From an uncultured Planctomycetaceae bacterium (GTDB lineage: Bacteria; Planctomycetota; Planctomycetia; Pirellulales; UBA7805): 64,000 bases of DNA. The notes under the pieces are model-generated. The model was not told where the DNA came from, searched no databases, and saw nothing but the letters and a program-made list of their open reading frames with translations. The position numbers and the translations under genes are program-made. This document shows positions 20,234-28,951 of the stretch, piece by piece (the stretch's first letter is position 1; every line of letters starts with the position of its first letter). Where the stretch lies: positions 1,427-65,426 of the forward strand of contig CAYLRE010000002.1 in assembly GCA_964385715.1 (NCBI GenBank), in the 5' to 3' direction.

Positions 20234-21136
20234 ATGTCGCGAAAGTGGCTCATCATCGTGGTGATTCTCCTGCTGCCGTGGGGCGCCGCCGGTTGCGCGA
20301 AGTTCCAATCGCCGCGGCTCGACGTTGGTGAGTCCCCGCTTGCGCCGCTGAAGCCGCGGGCTGAGCAGATCGGGCTTGATGTTGTCTTCGTGCGGCTCTC
20401 TCCGCGCGAAGCCGCCACGGTGGAGTCGATTTGGGATGAAGCGGACGAGCAGGCCCTGCCCCACGATGTGCGGCGGCGTCTCGCCCGTAACGGCTATCGC
20501 GTTGGTTTTCTGGGTCGCGAGCTACCTGCCGCCGTGCACCAGTTGCTTGCTTCTTCGCAAGATGCCGCGGCCGACTCCGGTGCTCTCGATCCGTCGCAAC
20601 GGACCAAGCCAGGGGTAACGCGCCACCAGCTTTACTTGCGACCTGCGCGGCGTGCCGAGTTGGTCGTATCGCCAGTGCAGCCGCAGCTTCACGCCCTGGT
20701 CTGGAATGATGCCGGCGTCGAAGGGACCACCTTTGACGAAGCCCAAGCACAATTTGCCGTGCAGGCTGATACCGGTAGCGATGGTCGCACGCAGCTGCAG
20801 CTGATTCCCGAGATCCATCATGGTCCGCTCCAGCAGCACTATGCGGGCGGCAATGCCATGTTCCGCCTCGACAGTCGCCGCAAGCGGGAAGATTTTGGCG
20901 ACCTGGCCATTGCCGCTTCGCTTGCGCCAGGTGAGGTCCTGGTGCTTGGCCGTCGTGCCACGCATACCGGCACGCTGGGCGATCGCTTCTTCGGCTCGGC
21001 CGACTCATCGCAGGTTGCGGAGCGTTTGATCCTGGTCCGCTTGAGTGAAGAGCGGACCGATCCGCTGTTCGCCGCGGCCGCCAGTCGAGAAGATACGGCG
21101 GACGAGAAGCCGAGCGATTCGGCAGGCTCGGAGTAA
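20234..21136 (+). CDS. Putative lipoprotein, function unknown
   Basis: The N-terminus MSRKWLIIVVILLLPWGAAGCAKF is a signal peptide with a lipobox-like GAAG-C. Amino-acid composition is normal, unlike the Arg/Ala/Pro-rich antisense ORF. Confidence 0.65.
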   Translation: MSRKWLIIVVILLLPWGAAGCAKFQSPRLDVGESPLAPLKPRAEQIGLDVVFVRLSPREAATVESIWDEADEQALPHDVRRRLARNGYRVGFLGRELPAAVHQLLASSQDAAADSGALDPSQRTKPGVTRHQLYLRPARRAELVVSPVQPQLHALVWNDAGVEGTTFDEAQAQFAVQADTGSDGRTQLQLIPEIHHGPLQQHYAGGNAMFRLDSRRKREDFGDLAIAASLAPGEVLVLGRRATHTGTLGDRFFGSADSSQVAERLILVRLSEERTDPLFAAAASREDTADEKPSDSAGSE

Positions 21137-21302
21137 GCCACGGCGTCACACTCTGCCTGTGGAAGTCGACCGCACCCCTCTGCCCCGCTCCGTTTCTCAC
21201 CAGCGGCTCCTTTCCATAACTTGCGCGACGTGGATGCCACCGCTACTTGTGACCGCGTTGTTCATGTCGACCGCCAGCCTCTGTTCGCTCGTCTTGCCCT
21301 GC

Positions 21303-21860
21303 CTATATGAGAATTGCGACCATCGCAATGACGAAGATCAACCCGGCCACGGCCGCAACCGAGACGACCCACCAGGGCAGACCACCTGGTCCGGTTTGTT
21401 GCAGCCAGCCGCCGACCGACTGCGTATTTTCTTGAGGCACCGAGAGCGTTGTGCCAAGTGTCGGCAAGGAACCACCGACCTCGAGATCGGCCGATCGCGT
21501 GAGCCAGTCCGCGCCTTCGATCGGCGCCAGCGCCAGCTCATCGATGGCGGCCAAATCGGCCACGTCCCCTTCGTCGTAGGCATCTTCCAGCTGCATCTTT
21601 AGTGGGACACTGCCTGAGCTTCCTGCCGCCGCGGGCGATTCTTCAGCACCGTTCGTCTCGAGACCACCCGGAGGCCCGCCCGCTAAGAGCGTCTTGGCGA
21701 AGTAAGAATTGATGTACCCTTCTTCGACCAGCCGCCGCGCCATCTGCACCGGATGGACCGGGTAGTCCGACTCGGCCACCTGTTCGCGAAGGTTGTCGAC
21801 CTGCAGCTCGGGCATCACGCCCCAGCGTTCGATCAGATCGAGAAATTCGTTAATTCTCAT
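21303..21860 (-). CDS. Hypothetical tail-anchored membrane protein
   Basis: 185 aa: an N-terminal soluble helical domain, an acidic Gly/Pro-rich linker, and a single C-terminal TM segment (LPWWVVSVAAVAGLIFVIAMVAILI). Confidence 0.6.
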   Translation of the reverse strand: MRINEFLDLIERWGVMPELQVDNLREQVAESDYPVHPVQMARRLVEEGYINSYFAKTLLAGGPPGGLETNGAEESPAAAGSSGSVPLKMQLEDAYDEGDVADLAAIDELALAPIEGADWLTRSADLEVGGSLPTLGTTLSVPQENTQSVGGWLQQTGPGGLPWWVVSVAAVAGLIFVIAMVAILI

Positions 21861-21906
21861 CGCCGGACTCGTTTCACACGCCAGATGGCGCGCCTTGCTT
21901 CAAAAA

Positions 21907-21994
21907 TGTTCGAAGGTTGTTTGCTGAATGTTCGACGGTTGTTCGATCGCTGTTCACTGGTTGTTCGACCAATGTTCAATGTTTGTTTTGTTTG
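21907..21994. repeat. Eight tandem 11-bp units, consensus TGTTCGAnnnn, upstream of the 21860 start codon
   Basis: Units start at 21907, 21918, 21929, 21940, 21951, 21962, 21973 and 21984. They read tgttcgaaggt, tgtttgctgaa, tgttcgacggt, tgttcgatcgc, tgttcactggt, tgttcgaccaa, tgttcaatgtt, tgttttgtttg. There is an out-of-phase extra TGTTCGA at 22000. Confidence 0.85.
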
Positions 21995-22042
21995 TGTCTT
22001 GTTCGATCGTCGTGCGATAGTCGTGCGGCATGCACGTGACGT

Positions 22043-22065
22043 GGGTGCCACTGGCTCCGCCAGTG
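22043..22065 (-). repeat. REP-like palindromic repeat (CACTGGC-N3-GCCAGTG-GCACCC), inverted orientation
   Basis: The + strand reads GGGTGC-CACTGGC-TCC-GCCAGTG, which is the reverse complement of the consensus. Intergenic. Confidence 0.8.
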
Positions 22066-22486
22066 TGGCCTTGCGAACTGGCTGCCATCCAGCTACTGCC
22101 CTGCGTTCGCTCACGCCTCGGGTGACATTCTCCTGCCTTGCTTCGATCATTGTCGGACCACTTTATCAACATTGGCGAAAAAGTCAAATTCAAAAAGAGC
22201 CACCCCCGAGGACACTGGAGCATGGGGAGCGAATCTCGACGACGGCGGTCGCCCAGCGAATAGCGGGTTACCGCATTCCACCAACGTCGGGTCAGAAACC
22301 CTGGGGAGTGCCGCCCGGGGGTGCCTCCACCAACAAACACCGGGCAACAAACCAATCAACATCCCCGTCGATCCTGTTCATCCTGTCGAAAATGAACTGT
22401 CGATCGATACAGCAATCGATCCTCCTATTGGTTCTCGCTTGCGTCGCGGAGCGCCGCGCGACTCTAGTCCACTCTGCTTCAACCAG

Positions 22487-22509
22487 CACTGGCAAAGCCA
22501 GTGGCACCC
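22487..22509 (+). repeat. REP-like palindromic repeat (CACTGGC-AAA-GCCAGTG-GCACCC)
   Basis: Exact 7-bp stem, 3-nt loop and GCACCC tail. Intergenic, about 75 nt beyond the stop of the GNAT gene. Confidence 0.8.
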
Positions 22510-22581
22510 AGACGGGTTTACCAGGGCTCGCACGCGAGCCTCGCCCTCCCGTTGGCTGGTTACCGAATACGTCCGTGCGCG

Positions 22582-23436
22582 TCACCCGATCTCCAGCGTC
22601 GTGACCCCAAAAATGCGATCGTGATCCAATTCGGGTACCGGGCCGTAATACATGCGCTCGCAGCCGAAGACTTCTTGCATGTCATGTTTACTACAGAGTT
22701 CGATAGCAGCGGGATTGTTGTCTGGAGCGTCCAAGAACATCGGCTCACCGCGGCTTTCCAACTGAAACGACGTTAGCAGCGCATCGGCGACCGAAGCGGA
22801 CTCAGCAAACAACGGTCCGATCTTCCAGCCCACTAAACACTTTCGCATTACGCCGAAGCCAAGCAGCGCCCCATCCTGGACATAGCCTAATGACACTGCT
22901 TCCGCCTGGCTCATCCAGGCGCCCAAGAATCGTTCCCGCCGGGCGGGAAAACAGCGACTATCAAAATCGGCGATCGCTGCTAGATCCACGGTCTTCAGAT
23001 CCACCACGTCCGCGGGCCGCTGCCCGTCGGGCACGGCCGCGTCGAGCTGGAAACGGCGATGGCGTGTGAACTGCTTGAAGCCACCCTTCTCGTAAAAGGG
23101 AACCATCGCGTCGACGCCATCGAGCCCGATCGTTCCACCTTCTTTCAATCGCGACAGCAGGCGATCGCGACGAGCGAACCACAGTTCGGTTCCCAATTTC
23201 TTTCCGCGATGAGGCGGACTGATAATGAACAGCCCCATGAATCCGAACGACTCGCTATGGCAAATGATGGCCCCACCCCCGACGAACTCACGATCCTCCA
23301 GCGCCGCCAAGAAACCCTCCGGGTCAGCATTCCAGAAACACTCGGCGTCGCAGAGGCCAGGGTTCCAACCTTCGTCAGCCGCCCAATCGACCAACCGGCG
23401 AAGTTCTTCCAATTCCATCTGACGAATTTCTAGCAT
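22582..23436 (-). CDS. GNAT-family N-acetyltransferase (two-domain type)
   Basis: 284 aa. FMGLFIISPPHRGKKLGTELW resembles the acetyl-CoA-binding R/Q-x-x-G-x-G/A motif. A C-terminal second domain follows, as in YitH-like GNAT proteins. Confidence 0.75.
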   Translation of the reverse strand: MLEIRQMELEELRRLVDWAADEGWNPGLCDAECFWNADPEGFLAALEDREFVGGGAIICHSESFGFMGLFIISPPHRGKKLGTELWFARRDRLLSRLKEGGTIGLDGVDAMVPFYEKGGFKQFTRHRRFQLDAAVPDGQRPADVVDLKTVDLAAIADFDSRCFPARRERFLGAWMSQAEAVSLGYVQDGALLGFGVMRKCLVGWKIGPLFAESASVADALLTSFQLESRGEPMFLDAPDNNPAAIELCSKHDMQEVFGCERMYYGPVPELDHDRIFGVTTLEIG

Positions 23437-23705
23437 GAGCCATGTCCTTAGCGGATAGATAGTTGCCCGGATTGTCGCTGCCCGCGCATTGTACCCGATC
23501 GGCCGTTGGCCATTCGTGGTGATCGACGTTCTTTTGCTTGTCCTCGATACGAGTCGTGTTATTTGGCAACAAACATTGACACTCCCCCCTCGCTCTCAGC
23601 TATGCTGGAAGTAGCTAAACGACTGCGTCGCTAGACTCTTCCCTTACTACGGGCCTCGTTCCACACCACCAGGGGCGCCACAACCGGGGGCAAAGGAGAA
23701 ACGCG

Positions 23706-23954
23706 ATGGGTATTCTTTCTTGGGCCATCTTCGGTCTAGTTGCTGGCGTGCTGGCCAAGTGGATCATGCCAGGCAAAGATCCTGGCGGCTTCATCATCAC
23801 CATCTTGCTCGGAGTCGGCGGCGCCATGGTGGGCGGATTCATCGGCACCCAACTCGGCTTTGGCGATGTCAGCGGCTTCAACATCAAGAGTTTCTTTATC
23901 GCCGTGGGCGGGGCCATGTTGCTATTGGCCGGCTATCGTGCCGTGGCCAAGTGA
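23706..23954 (+). CDS. GlsB/YeaQ/YmgE family (transglycosylase-associated) small membrane protein
   Basis: 82 aa. MGILSWAIFGLVAGVLAKWIMPGKDPGGFIITILLGVGGAMVGGFIG is the family pattern. Confidence 0.85.
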   Translation: MGILSWAIFGLVAGVLAKWIMPGKDPGGFIITILLGVGGAMVGGFIGTQLGFGDVSGFNIKSFFIAVGGAMLLLAGYRAVAK

Positions 23955-23978
23955 CGGCAGCATCGAGTCACTCGCCGC

Positions 23979-24371
23979 TTACGAACTCGGCGACGGGTCG
24001 GAATACTCAAACAGATTGTTATCGGTCATCCGACCTTTAAAGAATCCCTCGAAGGTGAGCTGAAACCGCTCCCGACATTCGTGCAACTGATCTGTCGTAA
24101 GATTCTTGATCTTGAAATGGTCGTCTTTATCGTAGTGGCAACCGATCACTAGCATTCCGTAGCTGAAGATCCGCATAATTCTCCAGGTCAACTCGCGGGG
24201 CAACGACTCGGCCCCGTCGTACTCGATGGCTAGCTGACGCATGGCTCGATCGAGCTTCCAATACTCGTCGTCAATCCATTCCCAGTCTTCATGAAGACGA
24301 CTCAAGAACGAGGACTCATCAAAGCCATCGCACCAAGGACAGTTACGGTCGACTTCGCTTCTTGCATCCAT
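23979..24371 (-). CDS. Hypothetical protein (orphan, visibly AT-richer than neighbours)
   Basis: 130-aa ORF with N-terminal CPWC, rich in Trp and acidic residues, and no recognisable family. It converges on the GlsB gene with a 24-nt gap. Confidence 0.55.
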   Translation of the reverse strand: MDARSEVDRNCPWCDGFDESSFLSRLHEDWEWIDDEYWKLDRAMRQLAIEYDGAESLPRELTWRIMRIFSYGMLVIGCHYDKDDHFKIKNLTTDQLHECRERFQLTFEGFFKGRMTDNNLFEYSDPSPSS

Positions 24372-24518
24372 ACGTACGATCGCATTCCTCTTCTTTGAAG
24401 GTTTATTTGGGAAAGCGGACGGCTGAACAGACAGAGATCACCGCACGTTAACTCAACCATGGCTCGGCGCTCGGCCTCGCCCTCCCGCCTCCTGGTCGCG
24501 TGCCCGCGTCACTTCGCT

Positions 24519-25769
24519 TTAGTCCGTTAGATCGTGCCGGTCGGTAAAGTGGGTGCGTGACATGGCCGCGTCGCCGACGCGTTCAATCGCCAACACGAAC
24601 GCGGCTGTTCGCAGGTCTAAGCTACGGTCCTGGCTGACCTGCTTCACCGCCTTGTAGGCCTTGCGCATGTAGTTAGCTAGTTCCGCTCGAACGCGATCGA
24701 TCTCCCAACGAAATTGCTGGATGTTCTGAGCCCATTCGAAGTAACTGACGGTCACGCCACCGGCGTTGGCGAGAATGTCTGGGACAACGGTAATGCCGCG
24801 ACGACGCAAGATTTCGTCAGCCGCTGGCGTCGTCGGAGCATTCGCCGCTTCCACGACGACCTTCGCCTGTACATCGTTGGCATTCTCTTCGGTCAACACG
24901 CCGCCCAGTGCTGCGGGGATCAGCACATCGGCATTCCAGGTCAGCACCTCGGCACTCTCAAACGCATCACCGCCTGGAAAACCCTGGACCGTGCGGTGCT
25001 CCTTAACCCAAGCGATCAGCTCGGTCACGTTGAGCCCTTCGCTGTTGCTGACCCCGCCCATGTGATCGCCGATGGCGACGATCTTGGCCCCTTCTTCAAC
25101 CATCAATCGAGCGGCATGGCTACCGACGTTGCCAAACCCTTGGAAGGCGACGGTGGTTCCCGACAGCGTCTTGCCTTGGTCCTTGAGCACCTCGTCGAGC
25201 ACCAACATCACGCCCCGCCCTGTCGCCTCTTCGCGTCCTTCCGAACCGAACAGGTGCAGCGGCTTTCCTGTGACCACGCCGGGTGAAAATCCGTAGTACT
25301 TGGAATACTCGTCCATGATCCAGCCCATGACGCGGGCGTTGGTGTTGACGTCCGGCGCGGGGATGTCGATGGTCGGTCCGATCACTTCTTTGATTTGCCC
25401 GACAAAGGTACGGGTGATGTGGAGAAGCTCTCGCTCGCTAAGGTCGCTCGGATCGCAGTTGATGCCGCCCTTGGCACCGCCGTAGGGAATATCGACCAGG
25501 GCCGTTTTCCAGGTCATCAGATTGGCCAGCGCGGTGGCGTCTTCTTCATCGACCGTGGGATGATAGCGCAGGCCACCCTTCATGGGGCCGCGGGCCTTGT
25601 TGTGCTGAACCCGAAAACCGCGGTGGTGCTTGAGATGCCCGTCGTCTCCTTCGGTGACGATCTCGACCTTCACAACGCGCATGGGAGAGAGCAAGATGTC
25701 TCGCAGTTTGGAAGAAATCCCCAGGACATCGGCCGCTTTATGGAAGTAGAAATGGGCTTCCTCAAGCAT
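24519..25769 (-). CDS. gdhA: Glutamate dehydrogenase (Glu/Leu/Phe/Val dehydrogenase family)
   Basis: Contains KGGLRYHP, IPYGGAKGG (catalytic Lys region) and GFGNVGSHAA (Rossmann). Start is taken at ATG 25769 (MLEEAHFYFHKAADVLG); the track start at 25835 is an extension. Confidence 0.9.
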   Translation of the reverse strand: MLEEAHFYFHKAADVLGISSKLRDILLSPMRVVKVEIVTEGDDGHLKHHRGFRVQHNKARGPMKGGLRYHPTVDEEDATALANLMTWKTALVDIPYGGAKGGINCDPSDLSERELLHITRTFVGQIKEVIGPTIDIPAPDVNTNARVMGWIMDEYSKYYGFSPGVVTGKPLHLFGSEGREEATGRGVMLVLDEVLKDQGKTLSGTTVAFQGFGNVGSHAARLMVEEGAKIVAIGDHMGGVSNSEGLNVTELIAWVKEHRTVQGFPGGDAFESAEVLTWNADVLIPAALGGVLTEENANDVQAKVVVEAANAPTTPAADEILRRRGITVVPDILANAGGVTVSYFEWAQNIQQFRWEIDRVRAELANYMRKAYKAVKQVSQDRSLDLRTAAFVLAIERVGDAAMSRTHFTDRHDLTD

Positions 25770-25844
25770 GGTGGTCTCCTTGGTCACGCGATAGTGAATG
25801 AGAGTTGAATTGGCGGCGAATTTTCGCTCTATCACGATCCACGC

Positions 25845-26687
25845 CTATTCATCGATTCCCTCCGCCCGACGGCGGCGCGGGATTTCGGTAACGAGCCAGG
25901 CAACCAGCACCGCCAGGTAAAACTGGCCCAACACCGACTGCATCCAGGAAACGGTTCGGGCTAATCCGGTGTGCGGAAGAATATCGCCGTAGCCGAGCGT
26001 CGACATCGTTACAAAGCTGTAGTAGACCAACGTCGACAGCTCGCCAACGTTTCGGTCGGGCTCTGGCACCTCGGCCACAGAACCCTTCGGTAGCTTTTTC
26101 TTTTTGGCTTCCGCTTCCGTCTCTTTTGCTTCCGCCTGGTTCGCGTCCGCCCCGTTCGCCGTTGCGTCGGCGGTTACTGCCGCCTGTTCTTCCCTGTCAT
26201 CTGGTCCAACAAAAGCGCCTGGATTCGACTGTAGCAGTGCCAGATAAATCATGGCGAACCCCAAGCCGATTAGCAGATAGCTACAGACGACCCCAAAGAT
26301 GGAATAGAACGACGCCATATGCCGGCGCACGATGGCGACAAGAATGAGCGTTGCCATGGCGATAAAGAACGCGCTCTCCAGCAAGCAGCTGGCGATTACC
26401 AAGGCGTCGTTCTCAACGAACCGAGTCGACCAGCTCAAGGGCGCAGCGATCGCCACCACGAACAGACTCAACATGAACGCCACGCGACGGTGCTGCGAAG
26501 CGACAGCGGCCGTGATCAGCACCGCCGTCAGACCCGTCTGCATCAGGTTGGCACCCAACACGCCTGACTCGAACAGCGGCACCACCAGCAACATGAAAAT
26601 CAGCGACACGAATAGAAAGTAGAGATAGCGAGGATCGCCGTGCGGGTGATCTTCGACAGTCGCGTCGTGTGTGTGCTGAGCGGTCAT
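25845..26687 (-). CDS. Potassium channel family protein with a long insertion before the pore helix
   Basis: Selectivity filter TMSTLGYGD, several TM helices, and a ~55-aa low-complexity Ala/Glu/Lys-rich insertion just before the pore helix. Start is ATG 26687 (MTAQHTH). Confidence 0.8.
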   Translation of the reverse strand: MTAQHTHDATVEDHPHGDPRYLYFLFVSLIFMLLVVPLFESGVLGANLMQTGLTAVLITAAVASQHRRVAFMLSLFVVAIAAPLSWSTRFVENDALVIASCLLESAFFIAMATLILVAIVRRHMASFYSIFGVVCSYLLIGLGFAMIYLALLQSNPGAFVGPDDREEQAAVTADATANGADANQAEAKETEAEAKKKKLPKGSVAEVPEPDRNVGELSTLVYYSFVTMSTLGYGDILPHTGLARTVSWMQSVLGQFYLAVLVAWLVTEIPRRRRAEGIDE

Positions 26688-26799
26688 TCTCGATTTCCGT
26701 TTTCGCCGATTACAGCAGGCATCTGCTAGCACTGCCTGCATGACTAGTCTAGCAAGGGACGATTCCTTGCGGAAAGCGGAATTCGCTCGGAAAACGGAT

Positions 26800-26815
26800 G
26801 CCAGCAGTGGCACCC
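26800..26815 (+). repeat. Half copy of the REP-like repeat (GCCAGCAGTG-GCACCC, no left arm)
   Basis: Matches the right arm plus tail of the 28898 copy. It lies in the divergent K+ channel/kdsD intergenic region. Confidence 0.6.
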
Positions 26816-26926
26816 GTCACGCCCCCTTTTCCGTTGCCCCAAAAGCACTTAGGCAGTACAATCCGCGACGAAAATAGGCCTGCTTTAACTCTCGCCACGA
26901 CTCACACCGTCAAGGATGACGAAACG

Positions 26927-28168
26927 ATGAGCATGGACGCCTCTGCGTCGAATGATTCTTATGATGCCGGCATCCCCGCTGGCGTCCGCGAGCCGCTGGC
27001 CGCTGCCTCGCTGGCCGCTCAAATCGCCAACAACACCACGCGCATGCGGGCCACGCTCGATGCCGCGGCTCAACTGCACTACGCGCGCGATATTGTGCGA
27101 CTGGAGGCGCAGGCACTGTTGAACATGGCGCAAAGGCTGGACGACGACTTTTGCCAGGCGGTGTCGGCGTTGTTCAATTGCCGCTCGAACGTGATCGTCA
27201 CCGGCATGGGCAAAGCGGGACTGATCGCGCAAAAGATCGCCGCCACGATGGCCTCGACCGGAACGCGTAGCCACTTCCTGCACCCGGCCGAAGCGTTTCA
27301 CGGCGACCTGGGACGAATCCATCGCGACGACGTCGTATTGTTGCTCTCGCAGAGTGGCGAAACCGGCGAGGTCACGCAGCTGTTGCCGTCGCTAAGTGCG
27401 CTCGCCGTGACGACGATCGCCATAACCGGTCGACGCGAAAGCACCCTGGGCGCCGCCTCCTCAATCGTTCTGGAACTCGGACCGCTCAAGGAAGCTTGTT
27501 CGCTCGGCCTGGCCCCCAGCACCAGCACCACCGCCATGCTCGGACTGGGCGATGCCTTGGCTTTGGTCACCAGTCGGATGCGCAACTTTCAGGCGGAAGA
27601 CTTTGCGAAGTTTCATCCGGGTGGCAGCCTGGGACAGCAGCTCAGCCAGGTGGAACAATTCATGCGCCCGCTGGCCGAATGCCGTGTGGCAGCAGAACCG
27701 AACACCGTTCGCGAAGTGCTTCAGCAACGTCGCGTGGCCGGTCGTCGCAGTGGCGCGATCATGATCACCAACGAGGTCGGACAACTGACCGGTTTCTTTA
27801 CCGACAGTGATCTGGCCCGTTTGTTTGAACGCCACCAGAACGACGCGCTCGACGGACCGATTCGCTCCGTCATGAAGACCAACCCCGTAACCGTCCCGGT
27901 TGGCGCCATGGTCAGCGACGCCATCGACATTTTGGCCGAACGCCAGATTAGTGAACTACCGGTAATCGACGGAGCCGGCAAGCCGATCGGTCTGATCGAC
28001 ATCACCGACCTGATGGCACGCGGACTGTCGGTCGGTAAATCGAGTAGCGGCACTTCAGCTTCGGCTTCTTCCACGCAAGTGACCGCCCTAAGCGGTGATA
28101 GCCACGCTCCCATCCCAGCGCCGAAGATGTTCTCGCCACGCGGGAACCGATCCTCCAAAGCGTCGTAG
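26927..28168 (+). CDS. kdsD: Arabinose-5-phosphate isomerase (KdsD/KpsF family: SIS plus tandem CBS)
   Basis: VIVTGMGKAGLIAQKIAATMASTG and LLLSQSGETGE mark the SIS domain, and two CBS-like repeats follow. It has a Ser-rich C-terminal tail. Start is ATG 26927. Confidence 0.85.
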   Translation: MSMDASASNDSYDAGIPAGVREPLAAASLAAQIANNTTRMRATLDAAAQLHYARDIVRLEAQALLNMAQRLDDDFCQAVSALFNCRSNVIVTGMGKAGLIAQKIAATMASTGTRSHFLHPAEAFHGDLGRIHRDDVVLLLSQSGETGEVTQLLPSLSALAVTTIAITGRRESTLGAASSIVLELGPLKEACSLGLAPSTSTTAMLGLGDALALVTSRMRNFQAEDFAKFHPGGSLGQQLSQVEQFMRPLAECRVAAEPNTVREVLQQRRVAGRRSGAIMITNEVGQLTGFFTDSDLARLFERHQNDALDGPIRSVMKTNPVTVPVGAMVSDAIDILAERQISELPVIDGAGKPIGLIDITDLMARGLSVGKSSSGTSASASSTQVTALSGDSHAPIPAPKMFSPRGNRSSKAS

Positions 28169-28249
28169 CTGTCGGCCTCGAAGTTCCGGACTCGCCCGCC
28201 AGACGCCACGCTCCTCTCCCACAATTCACGACCACCAGAAAGACTCGTA

Positions 28250-28783
28250 ATGGCCGGCGCCCAATCACTGGACAAGCAGTTACAAGAGATTCGCCTGATC
28301 CTCTCCGACGTCGACGGAGTGCTGACCAACGGCGGCATCTACTTCGACAATCAAGGAATTGAATCCAAGAAGTTCCACATTCGCGACGGTCTCGGCATCC
28401 GTATGTGGCAGAAGGCGGGCCATCAGTTTGGCATCATCACCGGACGCAGTTCGCACATCGTCCAGGTTCGGGCCAGCGAGTTGGGCATCGACATCATTCG
28501 CCAAGGCTTTGAAAAGAAAACGGGCGCCGTGATGGACATCATCGAACCACTCGGTCTTGAGCTATCCCAGGTTTGCTTCATCGGGGACGATCTGATCGAC
28601 CTCGGCCCGATTGAGAAGGTCGGATTCGGTGTGGCCGTTGCCGACGCCGTGGCCGAAGTTCGCGAAGCGGCCGACCTCACCACTCAGGCGGTCGGCGGCG
28701 AAGGTGCCGTGCGCGAAGTCATCGAGCGAATCCTCAAAGCCCAGCACCGCTGGGACGACCTAATACGAACCTATTCGAGTTAG
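28250..28783 (+). CDS. kdsC: KDO-8-phosphate phosphatase (HAD-IIIA, KdsC family)
   Basis: LILSDVDGVLTNGGIYFDNQG..KKFHIRDG.GI......G.....ITGR and FIGDDLIDL match KdsC. It lies directly after kdsD. Confidence 0.85.
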   Translation: MAGAQSLDKQLQEIRLILSDVDGVLTNGGIYFDNQGIESKKFHIRDGLGIRMWQKAGHQFGIITGRSSHIVQVRASELGIDIIRQGFEKKTGAVMDIIEPLGLELSQVCFIGDDLIDLGPIEKVGFGVAVADAVAEVREAADLTTQAVGGEGAVREVIERILKAQHRWDDLIRTYSS

Positions 28784-28897
28784 AGACATGACCCGATAAT
28801 ATCGTTGCACCTAGCCCGGAGCGTTGGCAAAGGAACTAAGAAACTACTTGCGACGCGTCAGCGTCGCTCAACATAACGACCAAACAGGCAGCCACCG

Positions 28898-28926
28898 CAC
28901 TGCTGGACAAGCCAGCAGTGGCACCC
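28898..28926 (+). repeat. REP-like repeat, long-stem variant (CACTGCTGG-ACAAG-CCAGCAGTG-GCACCC)
   Basis: 9-bp perfect stem, 5-nt loop and GCACCC tail. Intergenic between kdsC and the 29008 gene. Confidence 0.8.
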
Positions 28927-28951
28927 AAAATAGCCGAACGACTCACGGCCG

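Noticed and set aside
20253-21200. 315-aa minus-strand ORF opposite the lipoprotein gene
   Set aside because: Its composition is Arg/Ala/Pro-rich and it has no start context. The plus-strand frame has a signal peptide with a lipobox and ordinary composition. Residual uncertainty remains because neither frame has a known family.
21907-22006. The 11-bp repeat array considered as a CRISPR array or a DnaA-box cluster (oriC)
   Set aside because: The units are far too short and are contiguous with no spacers, so this is not a CRISPR. The core TGTTCGA does not resemble the DnaA box TTATCCACA, and there are no dnaA/dnaN genes nearby.
22325-22332. CTCCACCA (tRNA/tmRNA-like 3' end); also GGTTCGATCC at 2996-3005 (T-loop-like)
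   Set aside because: No flanking T-stem complementarity, acceptor stem or other tRNA/tmRNA elements could be built around either site.
22501-22520. TGGCAC inside the REP-like repeats read as a sigma-54 -24 element, prompted by the sigma-54 activator at 61726
   Set aside because: I checked every copy for TGGCAC-N5-TTGC. None has a GC at the -12 position with correct spacing except a weak TGGCAC-N5-ACGC at 26808-26822. The TGGCAC is better explained as stem plus tail of the palindromic repeat.
21753-22604. 283-aa plus-strand ORF (and the smaller ORFs 21857-22150, 21954-22355, 22172-22624) across the long intergenic region
   Set aside because: It runs antisense through the 21860 gene's start, then through the 11-bp repeat array and two REP-like copies. 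Periodic residues in the translation simply mirror the DNA repeats. The composition is implausible for a protein.
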